Below, one piece after another: positions 52,140 through 64,000 of a DNA stretch of 64,000 bases (position 1 is the stretch's first letter; each line of letters starts with the position of its first letter). Below the pieces are notes generated by a model. That model was given only the letters and a program-made list of their open reading frames with translations, did not search any database and was not told the origin of the DNA. The position numbers and the translations under genes were made by a program. This DNA is from Neoechinorhynchus agilis (taxonomy: Eukaryota > Animalia > Acanthocephala), in the NCBI GenBank assembly GCA_051530055.1, contig CM121341.1:2343538-2407537 (forward strand). Reading direction: 5' to 3'.

Positions 52140-54267
52140 AAGCGCAAATTCGTATACGTTAAGACGCCTAAACAACGGCAACTTTAGCGAATAAAATGTC
52201 TCAATCGCGTATTCGTCGTGACATTCACGAGAAGACTAATGACGCAACCATTGAAACCGATTAAGTTGCGCGGAGTATTCATCCCTTCTAAAATAGTGGA
52301 CATCGTCGATATTCGGATTAGTAATCCCGAATTTCACAGGAACATTGAACAAGAAAGCAAAGAAACAATAATGAGAAATAATTGTAAATAGCTAATTCGT
52401 ATACGCTAAGACGCCTAAACAACGACAACTTTAGCGAATAAAATGTCTCAATCGCGTATTCGTCGTGACATTCACGAGAAGACTAATGACGCAACCATTG
52501 AAACCGATTAAGTTGCGCGCAGTATTCATCCCTTCTAAAATAGTGGACATCGTCGATACTCGGATAAGTAATTCCGAATTTCACAGGAACATTGAACAAG
52601 AAAGCAAAGAAACAATAATGAGAAATGATCGTAAACCGCAAATTCGTATACGTTAAGACGCCTAAACAACGACAACTTTAGCGAATAAAATGTCTCAATC
52701 GCGTATTCGTCGTGACATTCACGAGAAGACTAATGACGCAACCATTGAAACCGATTAAGTTGCGCGCAGTATTCATCCCTTCTAAAATAGTGGACATCGT
52801 CGATATTCGGATTAGTAATCCCGAATTTCACAGGAACATTGAACAAGAAAGCAAAGAAACAATAATGAGAAATAATTGTAAATAGCTAATTCGTATACGC
52901 TAAGACGCCTAAACAACGGCAACTTTAGCGAATAAAATGTCTCAATCGCGTATTCGTCGTGACATTCACGAGAAGACTAATGACGCAACCATTGAAACCG
53001 ATTAAGTTGCGCGCAGTATTCATCCCTTCTAAAATAGTGGACATCGTCGATATTCGGATTAGTAATCCCGAATTTCACAGGAACATTGAACAAGAAAGCA
53101 AAGAAACAATAATGAGAAATAATTGTAAATAGCTAATTCGTATACGCTAAGACGCCTAAACAACGGCAACTTTAGCGAATAAAATGTCTCAATCGCGTAT
53201 TCGTCGTGACATTCACGAGAAGACTAATGACGCAACCATTGAAACCGATTAAGTTGCGCGCAGTATTCATCCCTTCTAAAATAGTGGACATCGTCGATAT
53301 TCGGATTAGTAATCCCGAATTTCACAGGAACATTGAACAAGAAAGCAAAGAAACAATAATGAGAAATAATTGTAAATAGCTAATTCGTATACGCTAAGAC
53401 GCCTAAACAACGGCAACTTTAGCGAATAAAATGTCTCAATCGCGTATTCGTCGTGACATTCACGAGAAGACTAATGACGCAACCATTGAAACCGATTAAG
53501 TTGCGCGCAGTATTCATCCCTTCTAAAATAGTGGACATCGTCGATATTCGGATAAGTAATCCCGAATTTCACAGGAACATTGAACAAGAAAGCAAAGAAA
53601 CAATAATGAGAAATGATCGTAAACCGCTAATTCGTATACGCTAAGACGCTTAAACAACGACAACTTTAGCGAATAAAATGTCTCAATCACGTATTCGTCG
53701 TGACATTCACGAGAAGACTAATGACGCAACCATTGAAACCGATTAAGTTGCGCGGAGTATTCATCCCTTCTAAAATAGTGGACATCGTCGATATTCGGAT
53801 AAGTAATCCCGAATTTCACAGGAACATTGAACAAGAAAGCAAAGAAACAATAATGAGAAATAATCGTAAATCGCTAATTCGTATACGCCAAGACGCCTAA
53901 ACAACGGCAACTTTAGCGAATAAAATGTCTCAATCGCGTATTCGTCGTGACATTCACGAGAAGACTAATGACGCAACCATTGAAACCGATTAAGTTGCGC
54001 GGAGTGTTCATCCCTTCTAAAATAGTGGACATCGTCGATATTCGGATTAGTAATCCCGAATTTCACAGGAACATTGAACAAGAAAGCAAAGAAACAATAA
54101 TGAGAAATAATCGTAAACAGCAAATTCGTATACGCCAAGACGCCTAAACAACGACAACTTTAGCGAATAAAATGTCTCAATCACGTATTCGTCGTGACAT
54201 TCACGAGAAGACTAATGACGCAACCATTGAAACCGATTAAGTTGCGCGCAGTATTCATCCCTTCTAA
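52140..54267. repeat. Satellite, ~247-bp unit x~8.5
   Basis: Repeated GAAGACTAATGACGCAACCATTGAAACCG. Confidence 0.97.
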
Positions 54268-57200
54268 CATTATAATTAGATAACACCATTGAAATCAGCG
54301 CATTCGATATGCTCAAAATGTTTTATCATTTCGTAACAACTTACGAGTACAACAGATTTAATTCAGGTGTCTTTTATGAACTTCAATCCTGAAACTAAGT
54401 GTTAAAATTTAAAAAGTCACATCAAACCATTTGTGCAGGTGAATTCAGCGTTAAAAGTAGATCTAGAAAAGTTAATTTGATCTTAAATTTATTGACGTTT
54501 TAATATCAATAATCAAGGTAGTTTGTCTCAAAATTGAACAACGAATAACTCAAGAACCATAACAGCTATCACAAATCCGGATACAGATTTAGAATCAGCG
54601 CGTTAAGATGTACTAAATTACCTTAAATCCTAAACTACAGCTGCAATATCTGAATCGGAAATCGCATTATCATATTTGGTCAATAGTCACAAGAGTGAAA
54701 GATCACTAAATTTGCAAGATTCATTATAATTAGATAACACCATTGAAATCAGCGCATTTGATATGCTCAAAATGTTTTATCATTTCGTAACAACTTACGA
54801 GTACAACAGATTTAATTCAGGTGTCTTTTATGAACTTCAATCCTGAAACTAAGTGTAAAAATTTAAAAAGCCACATCAAACCATTTGTGCAGGTGAATTC
54901 AGCGTTAAAAGTAGAACTAGAAAAGTTAATTTGATCTTAAATTTATTGAAGTTTTAATATCAATAATCAAGGTAGTTTTTCTCAAAATTGAACAACTAAT
55001 AACTCAAGAACCGTAACAGCTATCGCAAATCCGGATACAGGTTTGGAATCAGCGCGTTGAGGTGTACTAAATTAACTGACATCCAAAACTACTGCAGCAA
55101 TATTCGAATCGGAAATCGCATTATATTTGGTCAATAGTCACAGGAGTGAAAGATCACTAAATTTGCAAGATTCATAATAATTAGATAACACCATTGAAAT
55201 CAGCGCATTTGATATGCTCAAAATGTTTTGTAATCTCGTAACAACTTACGAGTACCACAGATTAAATTAAGGTGTCTTTTATGAACTTCAATCCTGAAAC
55301 TAAGTGTAAAAATTTAAAAAGCCACATCAAACCATTCGTGCAGGTGAATTGAGCGTTAAAAGTAGATCTAGAAAAGTTAATTTGATCTTAAATTTATTGA
55401 CGTTTTAATATAAATAATCAAGGTGGTTTTTCTCAAAATTGAACAACGAATAACACAAGAACCATAACACCTATCGCAAATCCGGATACAGATTTAGAAT
55501 CAGCGCGTTAAGATGTACTGAACTAACTGACATCCTAAACCACAGCTGCAATATTCAAATCGGAAATCGCATTATCATATTTGGTCAATGGTCAAAAGAG
55601 TGAAAGATCACTAAATTTGCAAGATTCATTATAATTAGATAACACCATTGAAATCAGCGCATTTGATATTCTCAAAATGTTTTATCATTTCGTAACAACT
55701 TACGAGTACAACAGATTTAATTCCGGTGTGTTTTATGAACTTCAATCCTGAAACTAAGTGTAAAAATTTAAAAAGCCACATCAAACCATTTGTGCAGGTG
55801 AATTCAGCGTTAAAAGTAGAACTAGAAAAGTTAATTTGATCTTAAATTTATTGACGTTTTAATATCAATAATCAAGGTAGTTTTTCTCAAAATTGAACAA
55901 CGAATAACACAAGAACCATAACACCTATCGCAAATCCGGATACAGATTTAGAATCAGCGCGTTAAGATGTACTGAACTAACTGACATCCTAAACCACAGC
56001 TGCAATATTCAAATCGGAAATCGCATTATCATATTTGGTCAATAGTCACAAGAGTGAAAGATCACTAAATTTGCAAGATTCATTATAATTAGATAACACC
56101 ATTGAAATCAGCGCATTTGATATGCTCAAAATGTTTTATCATTTCGTAGCAGCTTACGAGTACCACAGATTTAATTCAGGTGTCTTTTATGAACTTCAAT
56201 CCTGAAACTAAGTGTAAAAATTTAAAAAGCCACATCAAACCATTTGTGCAGATGAATTCAGCGTTAAAAGTAGATCTAGAAAAGTTAATTTGATCTTAAA
56301 TTTATTGACGTTTTAATATCAATAATCAAGGTAGTTTGTCTCAAAATTGAACAACGAATAACTCAAGAACCGTAGCAGCTATCGCAAATCCGGATACAGA
56401 TTTAGAATCAGCGCGTTGAGGTGTACTAAATTACCTTAAATCCTAAACTACAGCTGCAATATTCGAATCGGAAATCGCATTATCATATTTGGTCAATAGT
56501 CACAAGAGTGAAAGATCACTAAATTTGCAAGATTCATTATAATTAGATAACACCATTGAAAATCAGCGCATTTGATATGCTCAAAATGTTTTATCATTTC
56601 GTAACAACTTACGAGTACCACAGATTTAATTCAGGTGTCTTTTATGAACTTCAATCCTGAAACTTAGTGTAAAAATTTAAAAAGCCACATCAAACCATTT
56701 GTGCAGGTGAATTCAGCGTTAAAAATAGATCTAGAAAAGTTAATTTGATCTTAAATTTATTGATGTTTTAATATCAATAATCAAGGTAGTTTGTCTCAAA
56801 ATTGAACAATGAATAACTCAAGAACCATAACAGCTATCGAAAATCCGGATACAGATTTAAATTCAGCACGTCAAGATGTACTAAATTGCCTTACATCCAG
56901 AACTACAGCTGCAATATTCGAATCGGAAATCGCATTATCATATTTGGTCAATAGTCGCAAGAGTGAAAGATCACTAAATTTGCAAGATTCATAATAATTA
57001 GATAACACCATTGAAATCAGCGCATTAGATATGCTCAAAATGCTTAATCATTTCGTAACAGCTTACGAGTACCACAGATTTAATTCAGGTGTCTTTTATG
57101 AACTTCAATCCTGAAACTAAGTTTAAAAATTTAAAAAGCCACATCAAACCTTTTGTGCAGGTGAATTCAGCGTTAAAAGTAGATCTAGAAAAGTTAATTT

Positions 57201-60200
57201 GATCTTAAATTTATTGACGTTTTAATATAAATAATCAAGGTAGTTTCTCTCAAAATTGAACAACGAATAACTCAAGAACCATAACAGCTATCGCAAATCC
57301 GGATACAGATTTAGAATCGGTGCGTTAAGATGTACTAAATTACCTTAAATCCTAAACTACAGCTGCAATATCTGAATCGGAAATCTCATTATCATATTTG
57401 GTAAATAGTCACAAGAGTGAAAGATCACTAAATTTGCAAGATTCATTATAATTAGATAACACCATTGAAATCAGCGCATTAGATATGCTCAAAATGTTTT
57501 ATCATTTCGTAACAACTTACGAGTACCACAGATTTAATTCAGGTGTCTTTTATGAACTTCAATCCTTAAACTAAGTGTCAAAATGCAACAAGTAACATCA
57601 AATTGTAATTGCAGGTGAATTCAGCGTTAAAAGTAAATCTAGAAAAGTTAATTTGATCTTAAATTTATTGAGTTTTATTATAAATAATCAAGGTAGTTTG
57701 TCTCAAAATTGAACAACGAATAACTCAAGAACCGTAGCAGCTATCGCAAATCCGGATACAGATTTAAAATCAGCGCGTTAAGATGTACTAAATTACTTTA
57801 AATCCTAAACTACAGCTGCAATACCTGAATCGGAAATCGCATTATCACATTTGGTCAATAGTCACAAGAGTGAAAGATCACGAAATTTGCAAGATTCATT
57901 ATAATTAGATAACACCATTGAAATCAGCGCATTAGATATGCTCAAAATGTTTTATCATTTCGTAACAGCTTACGAGTACCACAGATTTAATTCAGGTGTC
58001 TTTTATGAACTTCAATCCTGAAACTAAGTGTACAAATTTAAAAAGCCACATCAAACCTTTTGTGCAGGTGAATTCAGCGTTAAAAGTAGATCTAGAAAAG
58101 TTAATTTGATCTTAAATTTATTGACGTTTTAATATCAATAATCAAGGTAGTTTGTCTCAAAATTGAACAACGAATAACTCAAGAACAGTAGCAGCTATCG
58201 AAAATCCGGATACAGATTTAGAATCAGCGCGTTAAGGTGTACTAAATTACCTTAAATCCTAAACTACAGATGCAATATTCGAATCGGAAATCGCATTATC
58301 ATATTTGGTCAATAGTCACAAGAGTGAAAGATCACTAAATTTGCAAGATTCATTATAATTAGATAACACCATTGAAATCAGCGCATTTGATATGTTCAAA
58401 ATGTTTTATCATTTCGTAACAGCTTACGAGTACCACAGATTTAATTCAGGTGTCTTTTATGAACTTCAATCCTGAAACTAAGTGTAAAAATTTAAAAAGC
58501 CACATCAAACCATTTGTGTAGGTGAATTCAGCGTTAAAAGTAGATCTAGAAAAGTTAATTTGATCTTGAATTTATTGACGTTTTAATATCAATGATCAAG
58601 GTAGTTTGTCTCAAAATTGAACAACGATTAACTCAAGAACCGTAGCAGCTATCGCAAATCCGGATACAGATTTAGAATCAGCGCGTTAAGATGTACTAAA
58701 TTGCCTTAAATCCTAAACTACAGCTGCAATATTCGAATCGGAAATCGCATTATCATATTTGGTCAATAGTCACAAGAGTGAAAGATCACTAAATTTGCAA
58801 GATTCATTATAATTAGATAACACCATTGAAATCAGCGCATCAGATATGCTCAAAATGTTTTATCATTTCGTAACAACTTACGATTACCACTGATTTAATT
58901 CAGGTGTCTTTTATGAACTTCAATCCTGAAACTAAGTGTAAAAATTTAAAAAGCCACATCAAACCATTTGTGCAGGTGAATTCAGCGTTAAAAGTAGATC
59001 TAGAAAAGTTGATTTGATCTTAAATTTATTGACGTTTTAATATATATAATCAAGGTAGTTTGTCTCAAAATTGAACAACGAATAACTCAAGAACCGTAGC
59101 AGCTATCGCAAATCCGGATACAGATTTAGAATCAGCGCGTTAAGATGTATAATTTACCTTAAATCCTAAACTACAGCTGCAATATTCGAATCGGAAATGT
59201 TATTATCATTGGTCAATAGTCACAAGAGTGAAAGATCATTAAATTTGCAAGATTCATTATAATTAGATAGCACCATTAAAATCAGCGCATTTGATATGCT
59301 CAAAATGTTTAATCATTTCGTAACACCGTACGAGTACCACAGATTTACTTCAGGTGTCTTTTATGAACTTCAATCCTAAAACTAAGTGTAAAATTTTAAA
59401 AAGCCACATCAAACCATTTGTGCAGGTGAATTCAGCGTTAAAAGTAGATCTAGAAAAGTTAATTTGATCTTAAATTTATTGACGTTTTAATATAAATAAT
59501 CAAGGTAGTTTTTCTCAAAATTGAACAACGAATAACTCAAGAACCATAACAGCTATCGCAAATCCTTCTACAGATTTAGAATCAGCGCGTTAAGATGTAC
59601 TAAATTACCTTAAATCCTAAACTACAGCTGCAATATCTGAATCGGAAATCGCATTATCATATTTGGTCAATAGTCACAAGAGTGAAAGATCACTAAATTT
59701 GCAAGATTCATTATAAATAGATAACACCATTGAAATCAGCGCATTAGATATGCTCAAAATGTTTTATCATTTCGTAACAACGTACGACTACAACAGATTT
59801 AATCCTGGTGTCTTTTATGAACTTCAATCCTGAAACTAAGTGTACAAATTTAAAAAGCCACATCAAACCATTTGTGCAGGTGAATTCAGCGTTAAAAGCA
59901 GATCTAGAAAAAGTTAATTTGATCTTAAATTGATTGACGTTTTAATATAAATAATCAAGGTAGTTTGTCTCAAAATTGAACAACGAATAACTCAAGAACC
60001 ATAACAGCTATCGCAAATCCGGATACAGATTTAGAATCAGCGCGTTAAGATGTACTAAATTACCTTAAATCCTAAACTACAGCTGAAATATCTGAATCGG
60101 AAATCGCATTATCATATTTGGTCAATAGTCACAAGAGTGAAAAGATCACTAAATTTGCAAGATTCATTATAATTAGGTAACACCATTGAAATCAGCGATT

Positions 60201-60332
60201 TCGATATGCTCAAAATGTTTTATCATTTCGTAACAACTTACGAGTACCACAGATTTAATTCAGGTGTCTTTTATGAACTTCAATCCTGAAACTAAGTGTA
60301 AAAATTTAAAAAGCCACATCAAACCATTTGTG
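54268..60332. repeat. Tandem array, 454-bp unit x~13.4
   Basis: GTGCAGGTGAATT-type motif at 54433, 54887, 55338, 55792, 56246, 56701, 57155 and onward. Confidence 0.97.
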
Positions 60333-62321
60333 CATTCTCAATCTCCATGCCACTTTGCTGAGTATTTTTGCAAACAAAAATGCGGCATTCCGTCGATCAG
60401 CGTTCGACCTCGTTTTTTACACTCAGCCGAATGTTATATTTGAATTTTTGGTTAAATATTACACCGAAGTGCACGGAAAACGCGAATTCGAACTCAAATC
60501 CGCTCTGTGGTCAATGAACAAAAGATATTTCGAAAATATCCATTTTTTTATCCAATTCTCGTCCGAAAAATCCACCAGGGAACATATCTTCAAAGCATTT
60601 TAATTTTATCTAGCGATCGAGCGGATTGAACTAAAATGCAAGGCCGATGGATTTCAGTTCCGCTTTGTAACTTTTAAAGTACGATCTCAGTTTGCCCTTT
60701 CCGTGAGCCGTGTTTGGATCGCAAATGGAATGGGTCCTTTTGGAGGAGTCGCAATGAATTCATGAAGATCGCAATTCATCAACGCCAATTAAAATATTTT
60801 AATTTTAACTAATTAATAAGATAAAGAGAGACCGTAAAGATGCTAAGGGAACACGAACTAAACGATTTGTTTTCGTAGAATTCCAACAAACCTTTAGCCG
60901 ACTTCTTGAATCAATTTAAAGAAGAATGTTTAAAAAAGATGACAACAAAATGCGCGAGCGGAACAATGAAATCAGGAAGCTATGAAAAAAGAGAATTTGT
61001 TTCCTATTTTTAGCGTCCAAATCGTGGTAAGCGATCGTTTTTGTACATCTCGAAGTAAAAATCTTACTCTTCTGTTCTCGGGATAAAGTGTAACTCAGTT
61101 GAAACCAATTGACAGTCGTTAGTGTTACGGACTAATTGATTTGTTATTGGGGATTATTGGTACATTTCCGAACATCCACCTTCTTGTTTAGTTGTTCGTT
61201 TGATTTCCTGACATTTTTCTTTTAAAGACACACTAAAAAGAATTAATCGTCTTAAAACCTCGTTAGAGGTGATTTCCAAAACCAACCGAAGAGTTTTTGA
61301 AAAATGAGTCATCTTCAAAGAAAATATCATTAATTTTCAACAATTCTGTTTAACGAAAATGGGAATCTATAAAAAAAGAAACCTCTACAGTCGCAGTTTG
61401 CTTCTTCGTTTAACACAATAATTCACTTTTTTGGATAATTTTTGGGCAAATCCAGCACTTGAAAATAGTCTTTAGAAAGCTCATCTTAAAATAAATTGAA
61501 TCCTTTGATTCTTCGGCTATTTTCTAAAGGTTCAAGTACGGGAGATAGCATAGATTTTGCGTCCGGATTCAGTAGTTTACGAACGTTTCCCGTCAGCCGT
61601 AAGACTGCGAAAGCTCGAAAATAAAGATTTTCTTTATCATATCAACGGCCCATCCAAGCGAAATCGCGATTGCAATTGGCCAAATATCGTTCTCAGTTAA
61701 TTTCGTAAACAAAGTTTCGATAAAGTGCAAATCGAATTTTTTCAGCAATGGAATCGCCAAGGAACCAACATTCCGGGCCGTAGGGAAAGGAAATCATCTC
61801 AAAAAAGCCCAAGAACTCCCAAGAACTGCTAAAGTCCCGGCTTCGATGTCGCTAGCAAACTTCACATCTCCATGAGCCTTTGTAGATTTTCGAGCAAGAC
61901 GATGAAAGCTCAAAAATAAAGATTTTCTTTATCATTACCACAGCCCGGCTAAGTTTCAATTGAAAAACAAAACCTGAGATTGGTTTCCAAAAAATACGCC
62001 GAAAATCGTCTTTGCTATTTGTGGTCACAAAAATTCCTATAAAAAAGGAATTTAATTTGTTTGCAATTGTTGTCGTCGTTATTATTGTTGTTGTTGAAAG
62101 TTGTTAGGCGACAAACCTCATGGAGCTCTGCATCGCTTGGCGAGGCTTTATCTTTCGAAAAATCTCGATAAAATATTTTATATCCGGGATTGTGAAGAAC
62201 ACATCTACAAAGCCCGGATCGCTTAAAGTTTACAATTCTGATTTCACTCTAACAACCGTTCGATATCGTATTTTGGAAATAACTTAATGCAGACGTACAA
62301 ATAAAAACTTATTTATCAATA

Positions 62322-63479
62322 TTACTCTCGTCTTACAAAATTGCTCTCAGACGAACTATCTCTACATTGAGATTCTCCTTCTTTATCTTTTGTTCTGTTT
62401 GTACTGCTATCAATTTCTATTGGTGGAAGAGAATTGGTGGCTCCTTCATTTGCCTGAAACAAATTATTTTCCGTTTGATGGTCAGTTTGATGGATAAAAA
62501 CCTCAGATGATTTTTCAACCGGCGAATTGTGAACCGATGGAATGTTTTCCCGAGTTGGTTCACTTATTTTTGTTGTGCCTTCAATCTCGAGTTCCCCCTG
62601 TGACTTTGCCGATCTTCGTGGTGTTGAGATTTGAGTTCTTTGGTGAATGTTTGTGCTGTGGTCCGGATCGAGAACAGGAGGAATCCATTCTGAAGCCAGG
62701 AATTTTTCAAATAGTTCGCGAATGGCCGGTTCCCATTCGGAAAATGCGACCGAGTCAGCGCATGAAAAGCAGTAGACCGAACCTTTATATAGATGCCACG
62801 ATGGAGTTAAGAAAGTTCCGCATTTTGCACAAATCCAAGGCATTGTTGGCTGCGATGTTTTTTGAAGAAAAGCTTGAGGATTGCCGACTGAATCTTGGCG
62901 TTCATCTACCATCTCGAGACTGATGACGCCGACTCGATTATTATCATTTATTCTCGGAAAGATTTGCGGCGGACGACTCTCAGCGATGGCATCGGCATTT
63001 TGAATTATGAATTGCATTAAATCTTCAAGTTCTTGGTTGTTATCGCCAATCATTCGATTTGTTTCGGCCGATTTTTGCTCCTTGGACTGTTCGGAAGTTA
63101 TTCGGAAACACTGTTGCTGGGCGTTTGCTAAGTTTGCGGCCACTGACAATGCGGACGCCGCAGTGTTCGAAGGTGCCATTCTCAACAAACCGGCAAATAT
63201 TCTATCAAGATTTACTGGCTCGTTACTTCGAGTTGAATTCATTGAAGGAAATAAAACTCCTAAACTCATTTGAAATAATGGAATCGATATGAGGTTTTTG
63301 TGGAACTCACCTGGCGTTGGTTTGCTCGTCGCATTTTGGCTCGCTAGAATCCGCATGGATTCCATTGTAGCCTCCATAATTAAAATGTGGTTTTCAAACC
63401 GTTGACTGTCACTTGTCGGAATATTATCGCTCAATCGTTGAATTAAACGTAAAAGGATTTTGCTTATTTCTGGATTCAT
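62322..63479 (-). CDS. 385-aa protein with a GATA-like C4 zinc finger
   Basis: CAKC-x16-CFSC with internal W; long intronless ORF. Confidence 0.7.
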   Translation of the reverse strand: MNPEISKILLRLIQRLSDNIPTSDSQRFENHILIMEATMESMRILASQNATSKPTPGEFHKNLISIPLFQMSLGVLFPSMNSTRSNEPVNLDRIFAGLLRMAPSNTAASALSVAANLANAQQQCFRITSEQSKEQKSAETNRMIGDNNQELEDLMQFIIQNADAIAESRPPQIFPRINDNNRVGVISLEMVDERQDSVGNPQAFLQKTSQPTMPWICAKCGTFLTPSWHLYKGSVYCFSCADSVAFSEWEPAIRELFEKFLASEWIPPVLDPDHSTNIHQRTQISTPRRSAKSQGELEIEGTTKISEPTRENIPSVHNSPVEKSSEVFIHQTDHQTENNLFQANEGATNSLPPIEIDSSTNRTKDKEGESQCRDSSSESNFVRRE

Positions 63480-64000
63480 GTCTCTATTTTGAAAATGTTA
63501 TCCGTCTCCTTGGGAAAGACAATCGAACAAGGAACGATATTGCAAATTAATACGTATCCGTTTTGTTGCTCAAAACAAAAAAAGGACGAATGTGGGCTCG
63601 GTGATTGTATTAATGATTGCATAAAGGCGAAAATATCCACCGCGTTAATCTTTTGAGCTTTCTGTAATCATGGTTTTTACGAAAATTTTAAAAGTCCTGA
63701 TACCAACACGTACCAAACACTGTGATATTTTTTCATTTTATCCAAACTTAAAATGATGAAGTACTGAGGTTTTCCCCCTTGCCCAGTGGCTTGGAATGGC
63801 AACCAACAGTGGATTCGTAATCTTTTTAGAATTAAACCTTGTTTTATGCACCCAAATTTACAAGATTAAGTGCTGAGGTTTGCCGCTTTACCAGTGCTTT
63901 TTAATGAAAATGAGCAGTCGATTCTTCGCTTTATTTTGGGAATCAACGAGAATTTTGAACAAATCACAATGCTCGCATTTACAAGTTACGCAAAACAAAA

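Larger units (their letters stand above)
43250..52990 (-). repeat. Right arm of inverted duplication
   Basis: Reverse complement of 28324..38064. Confidence 0.97.

Noticed and set aside
52465-54147. Repeated 63-66 aa ORFs MTFTRRL...
   Set aside because: Products of the 247-bp satellite with GTG starts; no coding signal.
28324-60332. CRISPR-like interpretation of the tandem arrays
   Set aside because: No unique spacers; eukaryotic context; whole units repeat.
54268-60332. Stop-codon reassignment to explain stops in the 454-bp unit
   Set aside because: TAA, TAG and TGA all terminate conserved genes in this window, and the stop density is about random for this base composition.

Overview
AT-rich, gene-dense window from a compact animal (invertebrate) genome; the metazoan-type Tom20, tetraspanin, ferritin and CLASRP support this, but the species cannot be named from sequence. 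It holds housekeeping genes (eIF2A, RER1, NDR/STK38 kinase, SPF30/SMNDC1, CLASRP, MRPL47, SLC44/CTL, tetraspanin, ferritin, Tom20, SPF45/RBM17, EF-hand protein), decayed Penelope-, CRE- and CR1/L2-like retroelements, several tandem arrays, and a ~9.7 kb near-identical inverted duplication around a 5.2 kb spacer. Main discovery: besides many ordinary short GT-AG introns, four conserved genes (eIF2A, NDR, SPF30, CTL) are interrupted inside conserved motifs by non-GT-AG inserts of 56-677 nt with one shared architecture. The upstream exon ends in TAY, the insert starts with a purine, its two ends base-pair (+1 opposite -5), and it ends in a 4-nt unpaired NNAY before a purine. The stem sequences are unrelated to each other, which points to a structure-defined class of non-canonical introns coexisting with canonical ones. 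All splice models were derived by hand and need RNA evidence.
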